Positions 13,458 through 24,407 of a DNA stretch of 64,000 bases are shown piece after piece. The stretch lies in assembly GCF_963921235.1 (NCBI RefSeq), contig NC_086097.1, positions 227,666,001-227,730,000 of the forward strand. The letters run 5' to 3'. Source of the DNA: Mobula hypostoma. Taxonomy: Eukaryota. How positions within the stretch are numbered: the stretch's first letter is position 1; each line of letters starts with the position of its first letter. The position numbers were made by a program, and so were the translations under genes. Below the pieces are notes generated by a model. The model made no database searches. It was given only the letters and a program-made list of their open reading frames with translations, and was not told the origin of the DNA.

Positions 13458-14226
13458 TGTGGTCTAAACCATTGTTGCTGTCCGCGGCCCTGAAGATTTG
13501 TTATACTGGCATGATATCTCCTCACTCCTATAATGATTTCTGCAGAAGTCAAGGATAGCATTCGATCCGTTATTAGCAATTAGCAAATGTACTATCCTGA
13601 AGCAATGGAACTGAAGCATACCCAAGTGTAAGCTAAGCATAGTTGAGCGGTCAGCAAAAGATACAACATCCACCGGTCCCCAGCTGCAAACTGCAAGGAA
13701 CAAAGCATGAAGACGTAACTTATTCCCTTCTCTTTTTTCACACCCCCTCCCCACACTAGTTACCATAATAAACGTGCAACTCAGAATACAATGCAGATAG
13801 AAAACAGATGCATGGTTCCTACAATGTCTTTACTCATATACCTAAGCTGTCCATATTCCCCCAGTGCACACTGATGGGCAGAAAGCCAGAACTGAAGGAA
13901 TATGGAGTTTAGATAAACACAAATTAGGAACAGGAATTGAGTACTTGATCTCTCAAACCTGTTCTGCCACTTAATAAGATTGTGGCCTATCTGACAGTGA
14001 TCTCATCCGGGTAGTCCCAACTATCAAAATTAACCTTACACCCCTTTCTTATCAGAAATGGCTACTTTTACCTTAAGTATATTCAAATACTCTGTTTTTG
14101 TTACACTTTGAGGAGAAGAGCTCCACAACCTCCTAACTTGCTGAGAGGATAGCACTTTGTTTCATCTGTGTCGTAAATGGGTTATCTTTTCTCTATCTGT
14201 GATCTCAGGTTCTAAATTCTCACAGT

Positions 14227-14857
14227 TTGGTGGCATCCATTAGTCTTGCGAGACCATGGATCTGTGCCTGGAAAGTCTTCCGTGTTGTGCCGTCGCGGTG
14301 AGGCGAAGCTGGAGTGTCCTCTGCAGGGTGCAGGCCTGGGCAAGGTTGTATGGAAGACGGGCAGTTACCCATGTAGTAAGTCTCCCCTCTCCACGATACC
14401 GATGTTGTCCAAGGGAAGGGCAAGGGCCGATACAGCTTGGCACCAGTGTCGTCACAGGATTGCCAGAACGAGGTTGAAGGCAACGTCAGACTGCCATAGG
14501 GACTCCAGCTCCAAATTTGTCCTCAGGGTTTACTCCCGAAGCCTTTCTTATGAGTGAGTGCGGCCGCAAGGCAGCGGATATTTGAAATCAGAGTTTTCCC
14601 TCTCTTAGATGGACTGCCTTCCCAGGCTGACGAGCTCCATCTACCCGAAGCACTGGTTTTAAGTCACCAGGACCCGCCTTCACCCCTTCTCCTGTCAGTA
14701 GAAACAGTTCCGCCGGGCTTAGAGGCTAAGCCACACGAGAAGGCCAGGAGTTGGGCTTGGTTGTCAGAGGCTATTTGAGGCGCATGCCGTGAAGAGTACT
14801 TTTAAGTAGTGGGAGCTTGTCCCCTCTACCATTCCTCGGCTTGACAAACTTGGAACC
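14227..14857 (-). mobile_element. Complete non-autonomous RTE-related retroelement, 631 bp
   Basis: Perfect 13-bp TSD AAATTCTCACAGT (14214-14226, 14858-14870); internal GTCAGCCTGGGAAGGCAGTCCATCTAAGAGAGGGAAAACTCTG resembles RTE 5' UTRs (recalled, not searched); no RT coding. Confidence 0.8.
14689..14857 (-). ncRNA. Candidate HDV-like self-cleaving ribozyme
   Basis: Minus strand: P1 GGTTCC/GGAACT, P2 CTCCTG/CAGGAG, P3 GCC/GGC, L3 TTCTCGTGT, J4/2 CTGA directly before P2'. An extra hairpin between P3' and P1' is non-canonical. Confidence 0.5.
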
Positions 14858-15329
14858 AAATTCTCACAGTAAAGAAAACATTTTCAGCACATCCATCCTA
14901 TCAGGATTCCTCAGGATCTCATTTTAAAGTCAAGTCCTTTCTCCAGTGAATACAAATCTATCTTACCCAATCTTTCTCCTTAAGGAAGTTAGCTAAATTC
15001 AGTCTTGCAAATCTTGTCAGAATGGCTCCCAATGCTGTTAGAGTTTGTCATCGAAATGTCGGTTAAATCAATAACTGTACCTGGCTGGAAGCCCAAGAAG
15101 AGTTTGTTCATCATATACACCGGGAAAACACTGAATCCTTTTTCAAGGGCAGGACTGTAGATGTGGCCTTGCTAACTCCCTACATTACAGAAGCATATTA
15201 TCCTTTAGTGAATCATGCATGGGGACAACCACTGAATCTCAGAGCTTTACAAGCCTTTAACATTAAGATAACTTCCCTCTTTTTAAAATTTTTCCTGCAA
15301 AATTCACATTTCTCACATTATATTTCAAT

Positions 15330-15670
15330 TGCCAGATTTTTGCCTACTCCTTCCACTGCCAGTAAGGAGTTTGCCTCCTTTGAAGACTGCCCGGGCTGCT
15401 GTGTTCTGTGCCCATAAGTATGATGAACTGATAAGCGAGGCTTTGGGCCTACTTTGGGCTGCTTTGGAGTTCAGATCTGGCAGCTCAATTCAGAATGTTG
15501 TTGTTTGCTTCAATTCTTTGCCTGGTTTGTGTTTGTTTCTTTCTTTTGCACATTGGTTGTTGGCCTTTTTTTCTTCAGTTGGGCTCTTTTGGGTTTCTTG
15601 CTTTGTGGCTACCAGTGAGCAAACAAATCTCAAAACGGTATAATTTATACATTCTTTGATAATAAATATA
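15330..15670 (+). mobile_element. Non-autonomous element with Rex1-like 3' tail
   Basis: Ends ...ATACATTCTTTGATAATAAAT; similar by eye to the minus-strand copies at 38755-39430 and 61160-61575. Confidence 0.55.
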
Positions 15671-15684
15671 TTTGCTGACTTGAC

Positions 15685-15880
15685 TTGTAAGTTCTCCCCA
15701 TGACCATGTGGGTTTCCTGCCGGTGGTCTAACTTCCTCCTGTAATCCAAAGATGTACCAGTTGGTAGGTTGATTGGTCATTGTAAATTGTCTCATGCTTA
15801 GTTTAGGATTAAGTTGGGAAATTATAGGGTGACATGGAGCGAAGAGCCAGAAGGAATTATTCTGCTCTCAATAAATAAAT
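15685..15880 (+). mobile_element. V-SINE fragment
   Basis: GTTCTCCCCATGACCATGTGGGTTTCC...TCCAAAGATGTACC core; (AATA)n tail. Confidence 0.7.
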
Positions 15881-15899
15881 CCCTTCATTATGTTGTCTT

Positions 15900-16700
15900 T
15901 GTAACTTATTTTCCTACCCATCTTCATGACATGAGCAAATTTTAGCAACCATACTTAACGCACCATCTTCCAAATCAATATATAACTTGTAAAAAGTTAA
16001 AGCATCAGTGTTGATCCCTGAGGTACTGATTACATTTTGTCATCCAGAAAAGACCTATTTATGCCTACTCTGTTTCCTGTTAGCCAGCTAATATTCATCT
16101 GCCAATATGTTACCTTGTATACTATGAGCTTTTATTTTCTGCAATGCTTGTTGATGCAGCATCCTATTGAATGCACTCTAAAATCATAACTACTGCATCC
16201 TCCAGTCTCCCTTTAGTCATGTCACATATTACTTCTTAAAAGATCTCCGAAAACCTGATCTTGCATCATTTGCATTTCGCAAAACGATATTAACTTCACA
16301 TGATTGGTTACCCCGAATATTTTCCGGTGCCTAGCCATAATATTTTACATCATAGTTTTTAACAGTTACCCTATGACAAATGTTATGCAACAACTCTGTA
16401 TTTTCCTGTTGACCAGCTCCCATCCTTTTTGAACAAATGGGTTATGTTTGCTATTTTCCAAACTAAGGGAATTATCTGTCAATTTAGGGAAATTTGGAAA
16501 ATTAAAACTACAGTATCAGCTAACTCACTAAGATGCATTCAATATGTATTTGGAGAGTCACCAGCCTACACTTCCCTTGTGCTTATAACTTTGCTGAGGT
16601 TCTTCCACCTTCCAAATATTTGCTTTCCAGCTATTCCTCAGCCGTTATTTGTATCTTTTACAGTGAAAACTTGTGGAAAGAGCTGTGTTGCAAAACACTT
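15900..16700 (-). mobile_element. Old CR1 RT remnant
   Basis: Degenerate similarity to 2050-2830 (GATCCCTGAGGTAC reads VPQGS on the minus strand; TTTGCTATTTTCCAA). Confidence 0.6.
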
Positions 16701-16744
16701 CCTTTCAGTCCACAAGGAAAACCCTGAACTATCAGTTTATTGAC

Positions 16745-17180
16745 ATTCTCCATCCCCACCCAGTCTGACTCATTTTCATTCGCTTCCTACATTTCTCCAA
16801 AGGAGCCCAGTCTAAGCTTGAGGAACAGCACCTCATCCTCTGCCTGGGTATATTTCAGCCTTTGGGACTTGATTTTAGAAAAACATTTTCAGGTAAACAA
16901 TCCATTTCCCCCTCTTGTCACAGATGTTGCTGTTCTTTTCTCTGTCAATTTGTTGCTTTTTTTGGTTTGTTTCTGTTATTTTTAAAGCCATTGTTACTTT
17001 CACAGTTTATCACAAACATTCCCTCTGATCTTCAAATCCTGCCCCTCTCTGAAAATTAAATACCCTTGCTTAAAACACTAATCTGTATACGTCCTTTTGT
17101 TCTGAATCTTTAACTTGATTCTCTTCCTGCTGAAGATGCTTGATATTCTGAGTGATTCTAGGATTTTCTATTTTTGTTGA
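16745..17180 (+). mobile_element. Old Penelope-like 3' remnant
   Basis: CTAAGCTTGAGGAACAGCACCTCATCCTCTGCCTGGG (KLEEQHLILCLG) matches the GIY-YIG C-terminus at 53330-53365. Confidence 0.6.
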
Positions 17181-17412
17181 GAAATACACCAGTTTAAATT
17201 TGTCATCTCTGTTCGCCATTACTATTTCCCAGACTCACATCCTATAGGACACATGCCCACTTTATTACGTCTTTTTAAAATATTTTTTAAAACTCTTACT
17301 GCCTGTTTTTATATATGTGACTTACTTCATTTCTTGATCTAATGTTTCCTTTCTTTTTGCAACTCTTTGCTACATTTCATATTCCATCCAGTTTTCTGAT
17401 TGCTACCTATGT

Positions 17413-17626
17413 CTGTTTGTTGTTCCTCTCCCTGATTTGTGGCGCATCGGGTGGCAACCTTGCCAGTTTCCTCAGCATTTTATCTGTTTTTTTTATGAGG
17501 TCGAGTTGCTAGCTCGATGCTCAACCCAGCACGATGGAAAGCGTGCAAGGAGCTGGCCGCATTCGAACCCGGGACCACTTGCCCCAAAGTCTGGTGTGGA
17601 TGCTGCTACATCACCAGCTGGCTAAA
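17413..17626 (-). mobile_element. tRNA-derived SINE with RTE-like 3' part
   Basis: Minus strand A-box-like TGGTGATGTAGCAG and B-box GGGTTCGAATGC; (AAC/AAAC) tail; TSD CTACCTATGT (17403-17412) / CTACCTCTGT (17627-17636). Confidence 0.75.
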
Positions 17627-17939
17627 CTACCTCTGTGCAATATCTTAAGTTCTCTTTAAGTTTGTTCTATTGTTAACATCTTTAGTTCAGCTCAGATGGT
17701 TGGTGCTTTTGAAGCTTTTTTGTATTATTTTATTATAGAATATTTCTGTCAATTGTTCTAAGGCCAGATTTACGCTGCAGAGCCATTCCTTTATCTTACA
17801 AAAGGTTGAGGTCCTTGAGAAGATTAAAGAGGTATATAAAGGCAAAGTCATGGTGGCATTTAACCAAAAGATGTGAATTATAAATTCAAAGCACTGCAAG
17901 ACTGTAGTCAAATATCAACCAATGCAATGCGACAGTTTG

Positions 17940-19345
17940 AATTTTAGAAGTTTGTGAAGATTTGGTATGTCACCTAAAACTTTGCCAAGTTTATAGATGC
18001 ACAGTAGAGAGTATCCTGACTGGTTGATTGTGGCCTGGTCTGGAAACAGCAATGGCTATGAATGGAAAATCCTGCAAGCACTAGTGGATACAGCCCTCCC
18101 AACCATTGAGCACACCCACACAGAGTGCAAAGCAGCATCCATCATCAAAAACCCCACACACACCACCATCCAGGCCATGCTCTCTACTTGCCATTGCCAT
18201 CAGGAAGGAGATAAAGTGAGCCTTAGGTCCCACACCACTAGGTTCTGGAACAGTGAGGCTCCTGAACCACTGTGGATAACTTCACTCACCTCAAAACTGA
18301 ACTGTTTCCACAACCTATGAACTTTCTTTCAAGGCTCTACTACTCAGGTTCTCAATATCATTTATAACTTATTTATTTATTATTATTAGTTTTATTTTTC
18401 TCAGCTCAAGCTGGTAAAGCCTGTGATACAGACATAGACAAACACATTTATTTCTCAATTGCTACGAACTTTCAGCCAATTCTGGTGGTACTTAGTAGTG
18501 TGGCTTTCTAGAGATTTACATAAATATTGCTGTGTAGGCCTAATTGTTTAATGCTATTGTGCAGTGACTTTGGAATGATACCACTTGTACTTATTACTAT
18601 TGGGACAATGTATACCCTGTTTGTCTTTCAATTTCCTCTTTTAATTCAACATATATAGAGTATTTTTCACATATTGCTTTCTGTAAGTTATGAGTTTTTG
18701 GAATGGGTATATCTATTAAGTAAATTGTTCTTGCTTGTTTATCCTGTAATATTATATCCAGATTGTTATTATGGATTGTTCTATCTGTAATAATAGATCA
18801 GTCGTAATATGACATGTAGGAATCTGATGCTAAAACTGGATCAGGTTTGTATTTATAGTAAGATATAGTAAGATATAGTAAGATATGGTGTCTTTTATGA
18901 GCTTGTATTTTGGTGAGTGATGTTTGCCACTTGATTGTGCCCGTTTAAGCAATCAGATTAAGTTGCTGTATCCTATAATGTGTTGAATTGTTTTGGGTTT
19001 TTCTTGGCCTTTTCTGCATTTATCATCTTGAATTTGTTTGCCATTTAGTATGTATTTTTGATAATTTTGTTTGTGTTAACCACCTGGTCCTGTATTTGCA
19101 CAAGAAAAACACTCTGTTTCTGGGAAGAGGTCTCCAACTCTGAGCCAGGCTTTCAACGCTGTCTTGTCAACATCTAGTCTGCACAGATCATGGGGGGTTA
19201 TTATTATTATTATTATTATTATTTGTACTTGCTCAATAATAATTCTGTACATTGGTTGTTTGTCCATCTTTGCTTGTGTGTAGTTTCTCATTTTTCCCAT
19301 TGTATTTCTTTGCACCTACTGTAATTTGAAAACTTTGAACTTGAA
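17940..19345 (+). mobile_element. Rex1/Babar 3' fragment, split by an R4/Dong insertion
   Basis: KAASIIKNP...SLRSHTTRFWNS in ORF 17997-18320; 3' UTR resumes after 19223 and ends in (ACTTGA)-like repeats. Confidence 0.7.
18395..19197 (-). mobile_element. R4-clade (Dong/Rex6-like) non-LTR retrotransposon, 5'-truncated, CCHC finger plus restriction-like endonuclease
   Basis: Manual minus-strand translation: VDKTALKAWLRVGDLFPETE..IQDQVVNT; DKCRKGQEKPKTIQHIIG; IITDRTIHNNNLDIILQDKQARTIYLIDIPIP; VYIVPIVISTSGIIPKSL. Both ends abut TTA-type repeats. Confidence 0.85.
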
Positions 19346-19429
19346 AACGTCAAAGGATATTTGAATGAATCCTAGTTGAAAAAGAGGTAGAAATCAATTT
19401 CATTAGAGACATTAGAGCAGTAGAGTCAA

Positions 19430-19640
19430 AACAGAAGATGCTGGAAAGCTATTCAGCAGTTCAAGGGCATCTGTGGAAAAGGAATCAGAATTAACTTTCT
19501 GGGCTAACTGTATAAGAGCTTTGAAAAAGAGCCATTCACCTGAAAATTTAACTTTTTTTCTCTTTTCACAGACACTGCCTAAACAGCTGAATTTTCCCAG
19601 CAAATTTTGTTTTATTTCAGTTTTCCAGCAGCTTCATTTT
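19430..19640. mobile_element. Old fold-back Penelope-end-derived miniature element
   Basis: Imperfect inverted arms (GATGCTGGAAAGCTATTCAGCAG... / ...CAGCTGAATTTTCCCAGCAAATTTTG) plus TTTCCAGCA tail. Confidence 0.55.
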
Positions 19641-19819
19641 TTTAAAAGATTTTTCAATTATATCACCATATTGAAGGTGACGAAAGGATGGATTTTGGAG
19701 CCATGAGGTTAAGGAAGAGGAGAGGAATAAAATGTTAGGTTTTGAAGTAAACAGATACACAGGGTTTGAGGGACAACCTGTGTGTCTGAGTGAATAGTTT
19801 GAAGTGCACCTAAAAGTCT

Positions 19820-20110
19820 GGGACCAGGGGGCACAGTCTCAGAATAGAAGGTTATTCTGTTACAACAGAGATGAGGAGGAATTTCTTTAGCCTGAGGGTG
19901 GTGAATCCATAGAATTCATTACCACTGTGGATGACAAGTGATTGGGTATATTTAAAGAGAATGTTAATAGGTTCTTGATTCATACAGGCTTCAAAGGTTG
20001 TGGGAAGAAGGCAAGAGAATGAGGTTGAGAGGGGTAACAAAGCAGCCATGATGAATGGCAAGGCAGACTTGATGGGCCAAATGGCCTAATTCTGCTCCCA
20101 TGTCGTATCA
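19820..20110 (+). mobile_element. CR1 3' end
   Basis: GAGATGAGGAGGAATTTCTTTAG... and terminal AATGGCCTAATTCTGCTCC. Confidence 0.8.
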
Positions 20111-20181
20111 TCATTCTCTTAATAATGGGATTTGTATCTCATTGTATGAAAACTGGCATTTGTGGACAAATAAAAGGTAAG

Positions 20182-21640
20182 GTGAGGTGCTGGAGGATTG
20201 GAGAGTGGCTCATGTTGTTCCTTTGTTTAAAAAAGGATCGAAAAGTAATCCAGGAAATTATAGGCCAGTAAGTTTAACATCGGTAGTAGGTAAGTTATTG
20301 GAGGGAGTACTAAGAGACAGAATCTACAAACATTTGGATAGACAGGGACTTATTAGGGAGAGTCAACATGGCTTTGTGCGTGGTAGGTCATGTTTGACCA
20401 ATCTATTCGAGTTTTTCAAGGAGGTTACCAGGAAAGTGGATGAAGGGAAGGCAGTGGATGTTGTCTTTATGGACTTCAGTAAGGCCTTTGACAAGGTCCC
20501 GCATGGGAGGTTAGTTAGGAAAATTCAGTCGCTAGGTATACATGGAGAGGTGGTAAATTGGATTAGACATTAGCTCAATGGAAGAAGCCAAAGAGTGGTA
20601 GTAGAGAATTGCTTCTCCGAGTGGAGGCCTGTGACTAGTGGTGTGCCACAGGGATCAGTGCTGGGTCCATTGTTATTTGTCATCTATATCAATGATCTGG
20701 ATGATAATGTGGTAAATTGGATCAGCAAATTTGCTGATGATACAAAGATTGGAGGTGTAGTAGACAGTGAGGAAGGTTTTCAGAGCCTGCAGAGGGACTT
20801 GGACCAGCTGGAAAAATGGGCTGAAAAATGGCAGATGGAGTTTAATATGGACAAGTGTGAGGTATTGCATGTTGGAAGGACAAACCAAGGTAGAACATAC
20901 AGGGTAAGGCACTGAGGAGTGCAGTGGAACAGAGGGATCTGGGAATACAGATACAAAATTCCCTAAAAGTGGCGTCACAGGTAGATAGGGTCGTAAAGAG
21001 AGCTTTTGGTACATTGGCCTTTATTAATCAAAGTATTGAGTATAAGAGCTGGAATGTTATGATGAGGTTGTATAAGGCATTGGTGAGGCCGAATCTGGAG
21101 AATTGTGTTCAGTTTTGGTCACCAAATTACAGGAAGGATATAAATAAGGTTGAAAGAGTGCAGAGAAGGTTTACAAGGATGTTGCCGGGACTTGAGAAAC
21201 TCAGTTACAGAGAAATGTTGAATAGGTTAGGACTTTTTTCCCTGGAGCGTAGAAGAATGAGGGGAGATTTGATAGAGGTATATAAAATTATGATGGGTAT
21301 TGATAGAGTGAATGCAAGCAGGCTTTTTCCACTGAGGCAAGGGGAGAAAGAAACCAGAAGACATGGGTTAAGGGTGAGGGGGGAAAAGTTTAAAGGGAAC
21401 ATTAGGGGGGGCTTCTTCACACAGAGAGTGGTGGGAGTATGGAATGAGCTGCCAGACGAGGTGGTAAACGCGGGTTCTTTTTTAACATTTAAGAATAAAT
21501 TGGACAGATACATGGATGGGAGGTGTATGCAGGGATATGGTCCATGTGCAGGTCAGTGGGACTAGGCAGAAAATGGTTCAGCACAGCCAAGAAGGGCCAA
21601 AAGGCCTGATCTGTGCTGTAGTTTCTATGGTTCTATGGTA
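20182..21640 (+). mobile_element. Young 5'-truncated CR1 LINE (RT domain almost intact)
   Basis: ORFs 20187-20573, 20595-20915 and 20924-21565 give [38 protein letters not shown] and the C-terminus; one stop and one small frameshift; (TTCTATGG)n tail. Confidence 0.97.
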
Positions 21641-21814
21641 TGGTTAACTCAACTGAGAAGGAGCCACAAAGATCAGACTTGTTCAAGGTTATTTGGAGGA
21701 AGCAAGGCTGGGACTGAATTGTTTTGAGTGGTAGAATGGATGGGTGATGTTATCAATAAAGGGGAAAAAGCAATAGAGATTTGCAAGGAGCTGTCTCAGC
21801 ATGGCCAGGGTCAG

Positions 21815-22662
21815 GGACATTGATAGGATGCAAAACTGGGCTGAGAAGTAGCAGATGGAGTTCAACCCAGATAAGTGTGAGGTGGTTCATTTTGGTAGGT
21901 CAAACATGATGACAGAATATAATATTAATGGTAAGACTCCTGGCAATGTGGAGGATCAGAGGGATCTTGGGGTCCAAGTCCACAGGATACTTAAGGCTAC
22001 TGTGCAGGTTGACTCTGTGGTTAAGAAAGCATACGGTGCATTGGCCTTCATCAATCATGGGATCGAGTTTAGGAGCAGAGAGGTAATGTTGCAGCTATAT
22101 AGGACCCTGGTCAGAGCCCACTTGGAGTACTGTGCTCAGTTCTGATTGCCTCACTATAGGAAGGATGTGGAAACAACAGAAAAGGTGCAGAGGAGATTTA
22201 CAAGGATGTTGCCTGGATTGGGGAGCATGCCTTATGAGAATAGTTTGCGTGAACTTGGCCTTTTTCCCTTGGAGCGACGGAGGATGAAAGGTGACCTGAT
22301 AGAGAGGTGTATAAGATGATGAGAGGCATTAATCGTGTGGATAGTCAGAGGCTTTTTCCCCAGGGCTGAAATGGCTAGCAGGAGAGGGCACAGTTTTAAG
22401 GTGCTTGGAAGGAGGTACAGAGGAGATGTCAGCGGTAAATTTTTTACACAGAGAGTGGTGAGTGCATGGAATGGACTGCCAACGATGGTGGTGAAGGCGA
22501 ATACGATAGGGTCTTTTAAGAGACTCCTGGACAGGTATGTGGAGCTCAGAAAAATAGAGGGTTATGGGTGACCCAAGGTAGTTTCTCAGGTAAGGACATG
22601 TTCAGTGCAGCTTTATGGGCCGAAGGGCCTGTATTGTGCTGTAGGTTTTCTATGTTTCTAAT
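21815..22662 (+). mobile_element. 5'-truncated CR1 (same subfamily as 55165-57582)
   Basis: MEFNPDKCEVVHFG...RAHLEYCAQF; FFTQRVVSAWNGLP; (TTTCTATG) tail. Confidence 0.92.
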
Positions 22663-23294
22663 ACTAGAGATGGAAGGAAACAGGGAAAATAACAGTGGCA
22701 TAAAAGATGGGATAGGGCAGCAAATCTGAGGTGAGCAAATCACTTGAGTAAAGGATTAGGGTGTAGGGTACAGGTTTGGTATTGAGCAAATTGCAATATT
22801 CCCTGTCGTCAATGCATAGCTCATAGTAGTATTCTTTCTTTTCCTCACAGCAGAGTGAGCTCTGTATTTTAACAAGCTTAACATCACGGCAACCTGTCAC
22901 TTTCATTTTAATGGTGGGAAAAGCCTCACATTTTCCAATACTCTTTGATACTAAACTACAGATGTATATTGAAGGTAATTTTATGGTCCGTTTTATAAAT
23001 GGATCTGGGCACAGGTGGATACGCCATCTTGAAGTCTGATATAAATTAGGCTGAGCTGACACGTCGAAAGCACTGTTTTTATTTTATCATGCTTCAGAAG
23101 GAGAAAAACATTTGCAGCTACTTAGCACAAGACCTTTGAAGACATTTTTAGTAGTCTAATATTAAATTACCTTCTTCATAATGAGATTAAAAATCACCTA
23201 CAATTGTACGAGATCTAATTGTTTGACATAATTCTATACTATCACACTATCATCATACAGAGCATCCTCAGATCAGCCAATACCATCTGGTTTG

Positions 23295-23790
23295 GTGTAG
23301 CATCCTTTCAGAATATATGAAAACTACAGCAAACTGTTAGGTTGCAGTCTACCATCCCTGCAGGACTTGTATGTACCCAGGACAAAGAAGTGGGCAGAGA
23401 AAAATTTTCGTAGACACTAGCCACCCAGAAAACTGCCTTTTCCAAAATCTCCCTTCTGGAAAGTGCTATTGGGCTATTAAAAAAAAACTTCATATCAGCC
23501 CCTAGTTAGTTAATCTGATCAACCATTCTAGTTAGAGGGTGGTAGGGGGTCTATCTATTAGTTCAGTCACAGCATTGCACTGAAAACACTTTAAACCATT
23601 TTTATAATGCTGTTTATAGTCTGCTTACATGGTGGTATTTATGCTCGTTTTTATTCCATATCTGTACATTAATGTCCAGCTTTACTTTTATATAATTCTT
23701 TATAATTGTTAAGTATTGTTTTCTGTTGCATGTCGCACCAACACACTACTGCAAATATACAGGCTGATTAAAGTTGATCCTTGATCCTCG
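23295..23790 (+). mobile_element. Rex1/Babar-type 3' fragment
   Basis: Degenerate SHP..LF..LPSG coding (AGCCACCCAGAAAACTGCCTTTTCCAAAATCTCCCTTCTGGAAAG); ATTAAAGTTGATCCTTGATCCT tail. Confidence 0.6.
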
Positions 23791-24322
23791 ATGAGAGACA
23801 GAAAACAGCATTAGACAACAAAATGGGCCATACTTCCACCAACGTAATCCTTGCATGCTCAAATAGCTACTTCATGGAAGTATGAAGCATTACGATGACA
23901 CAATGCAAATACTAGCACTAGGTTTCCAATTGATATATTACAACAAGATAGGACAGCCATTCCTATTCTGGCAGAAATTTGAGTGGTCCGGAGACTAAGG
24001 GAGGATCCACTATGCCACAAATTCTTTCCTTACTCACAGTATGTATCCTTAGAATCTGGATATTATGGGACTTCACTCTTTATGGTACAAAAGCTAATGA
24101 GGAGAGTTGACTGTTTATTCCTCTCCATAGATACTGCCCAACCTGTTGAGTTCCTCCAGCATTTTGCATGCGGCTAATGAAGAAACTGCTTAGGACACAA
24201 ATAATTTTTGTAAACATTCCAGTTCCACTACAAATCACACTTTGATTTTATATTAGTCCATTTTAGTCCATTTAAACTTGGACTATTATTTTGACACTCA
24301 ATTTAGTCAGAATTAATGGACA

Positions 24323-24407
24323 GCACACACAAAATGCTGAGTTCCTCCAGCATTTTGGGTATGTTGCTCGGATTTTCAGCACCTGCAGATTTTCTCTTGT
24401 TTGAGGC
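24323..24407. mobile_element. 85-bp minimal fold-back Penelope end
   Basis: ACACAAAATGCTG / CAGCATTTTGGGT inverted arms, Penelope-type tail, exact 10-bp TSD TTAATGGACA (24313-24322, 24408-24417). Confidence 0.75.

Larger units (their letters stand above)
13915..15050 (-). mobile_element. Old CR1 3' remnant (host of the 14227-14857 insertion)
   Basis: Degenerate similarity by eye to CR1 3' ends on both sides of the insertion. Confidence 0.55.

Noticed and set aside
18855..18884. (ATAGTAAGAT)x3 tandem repeat
   Set aside because: Local slippage inside the dead R4 element; no spacers, so not CRISPR-like.
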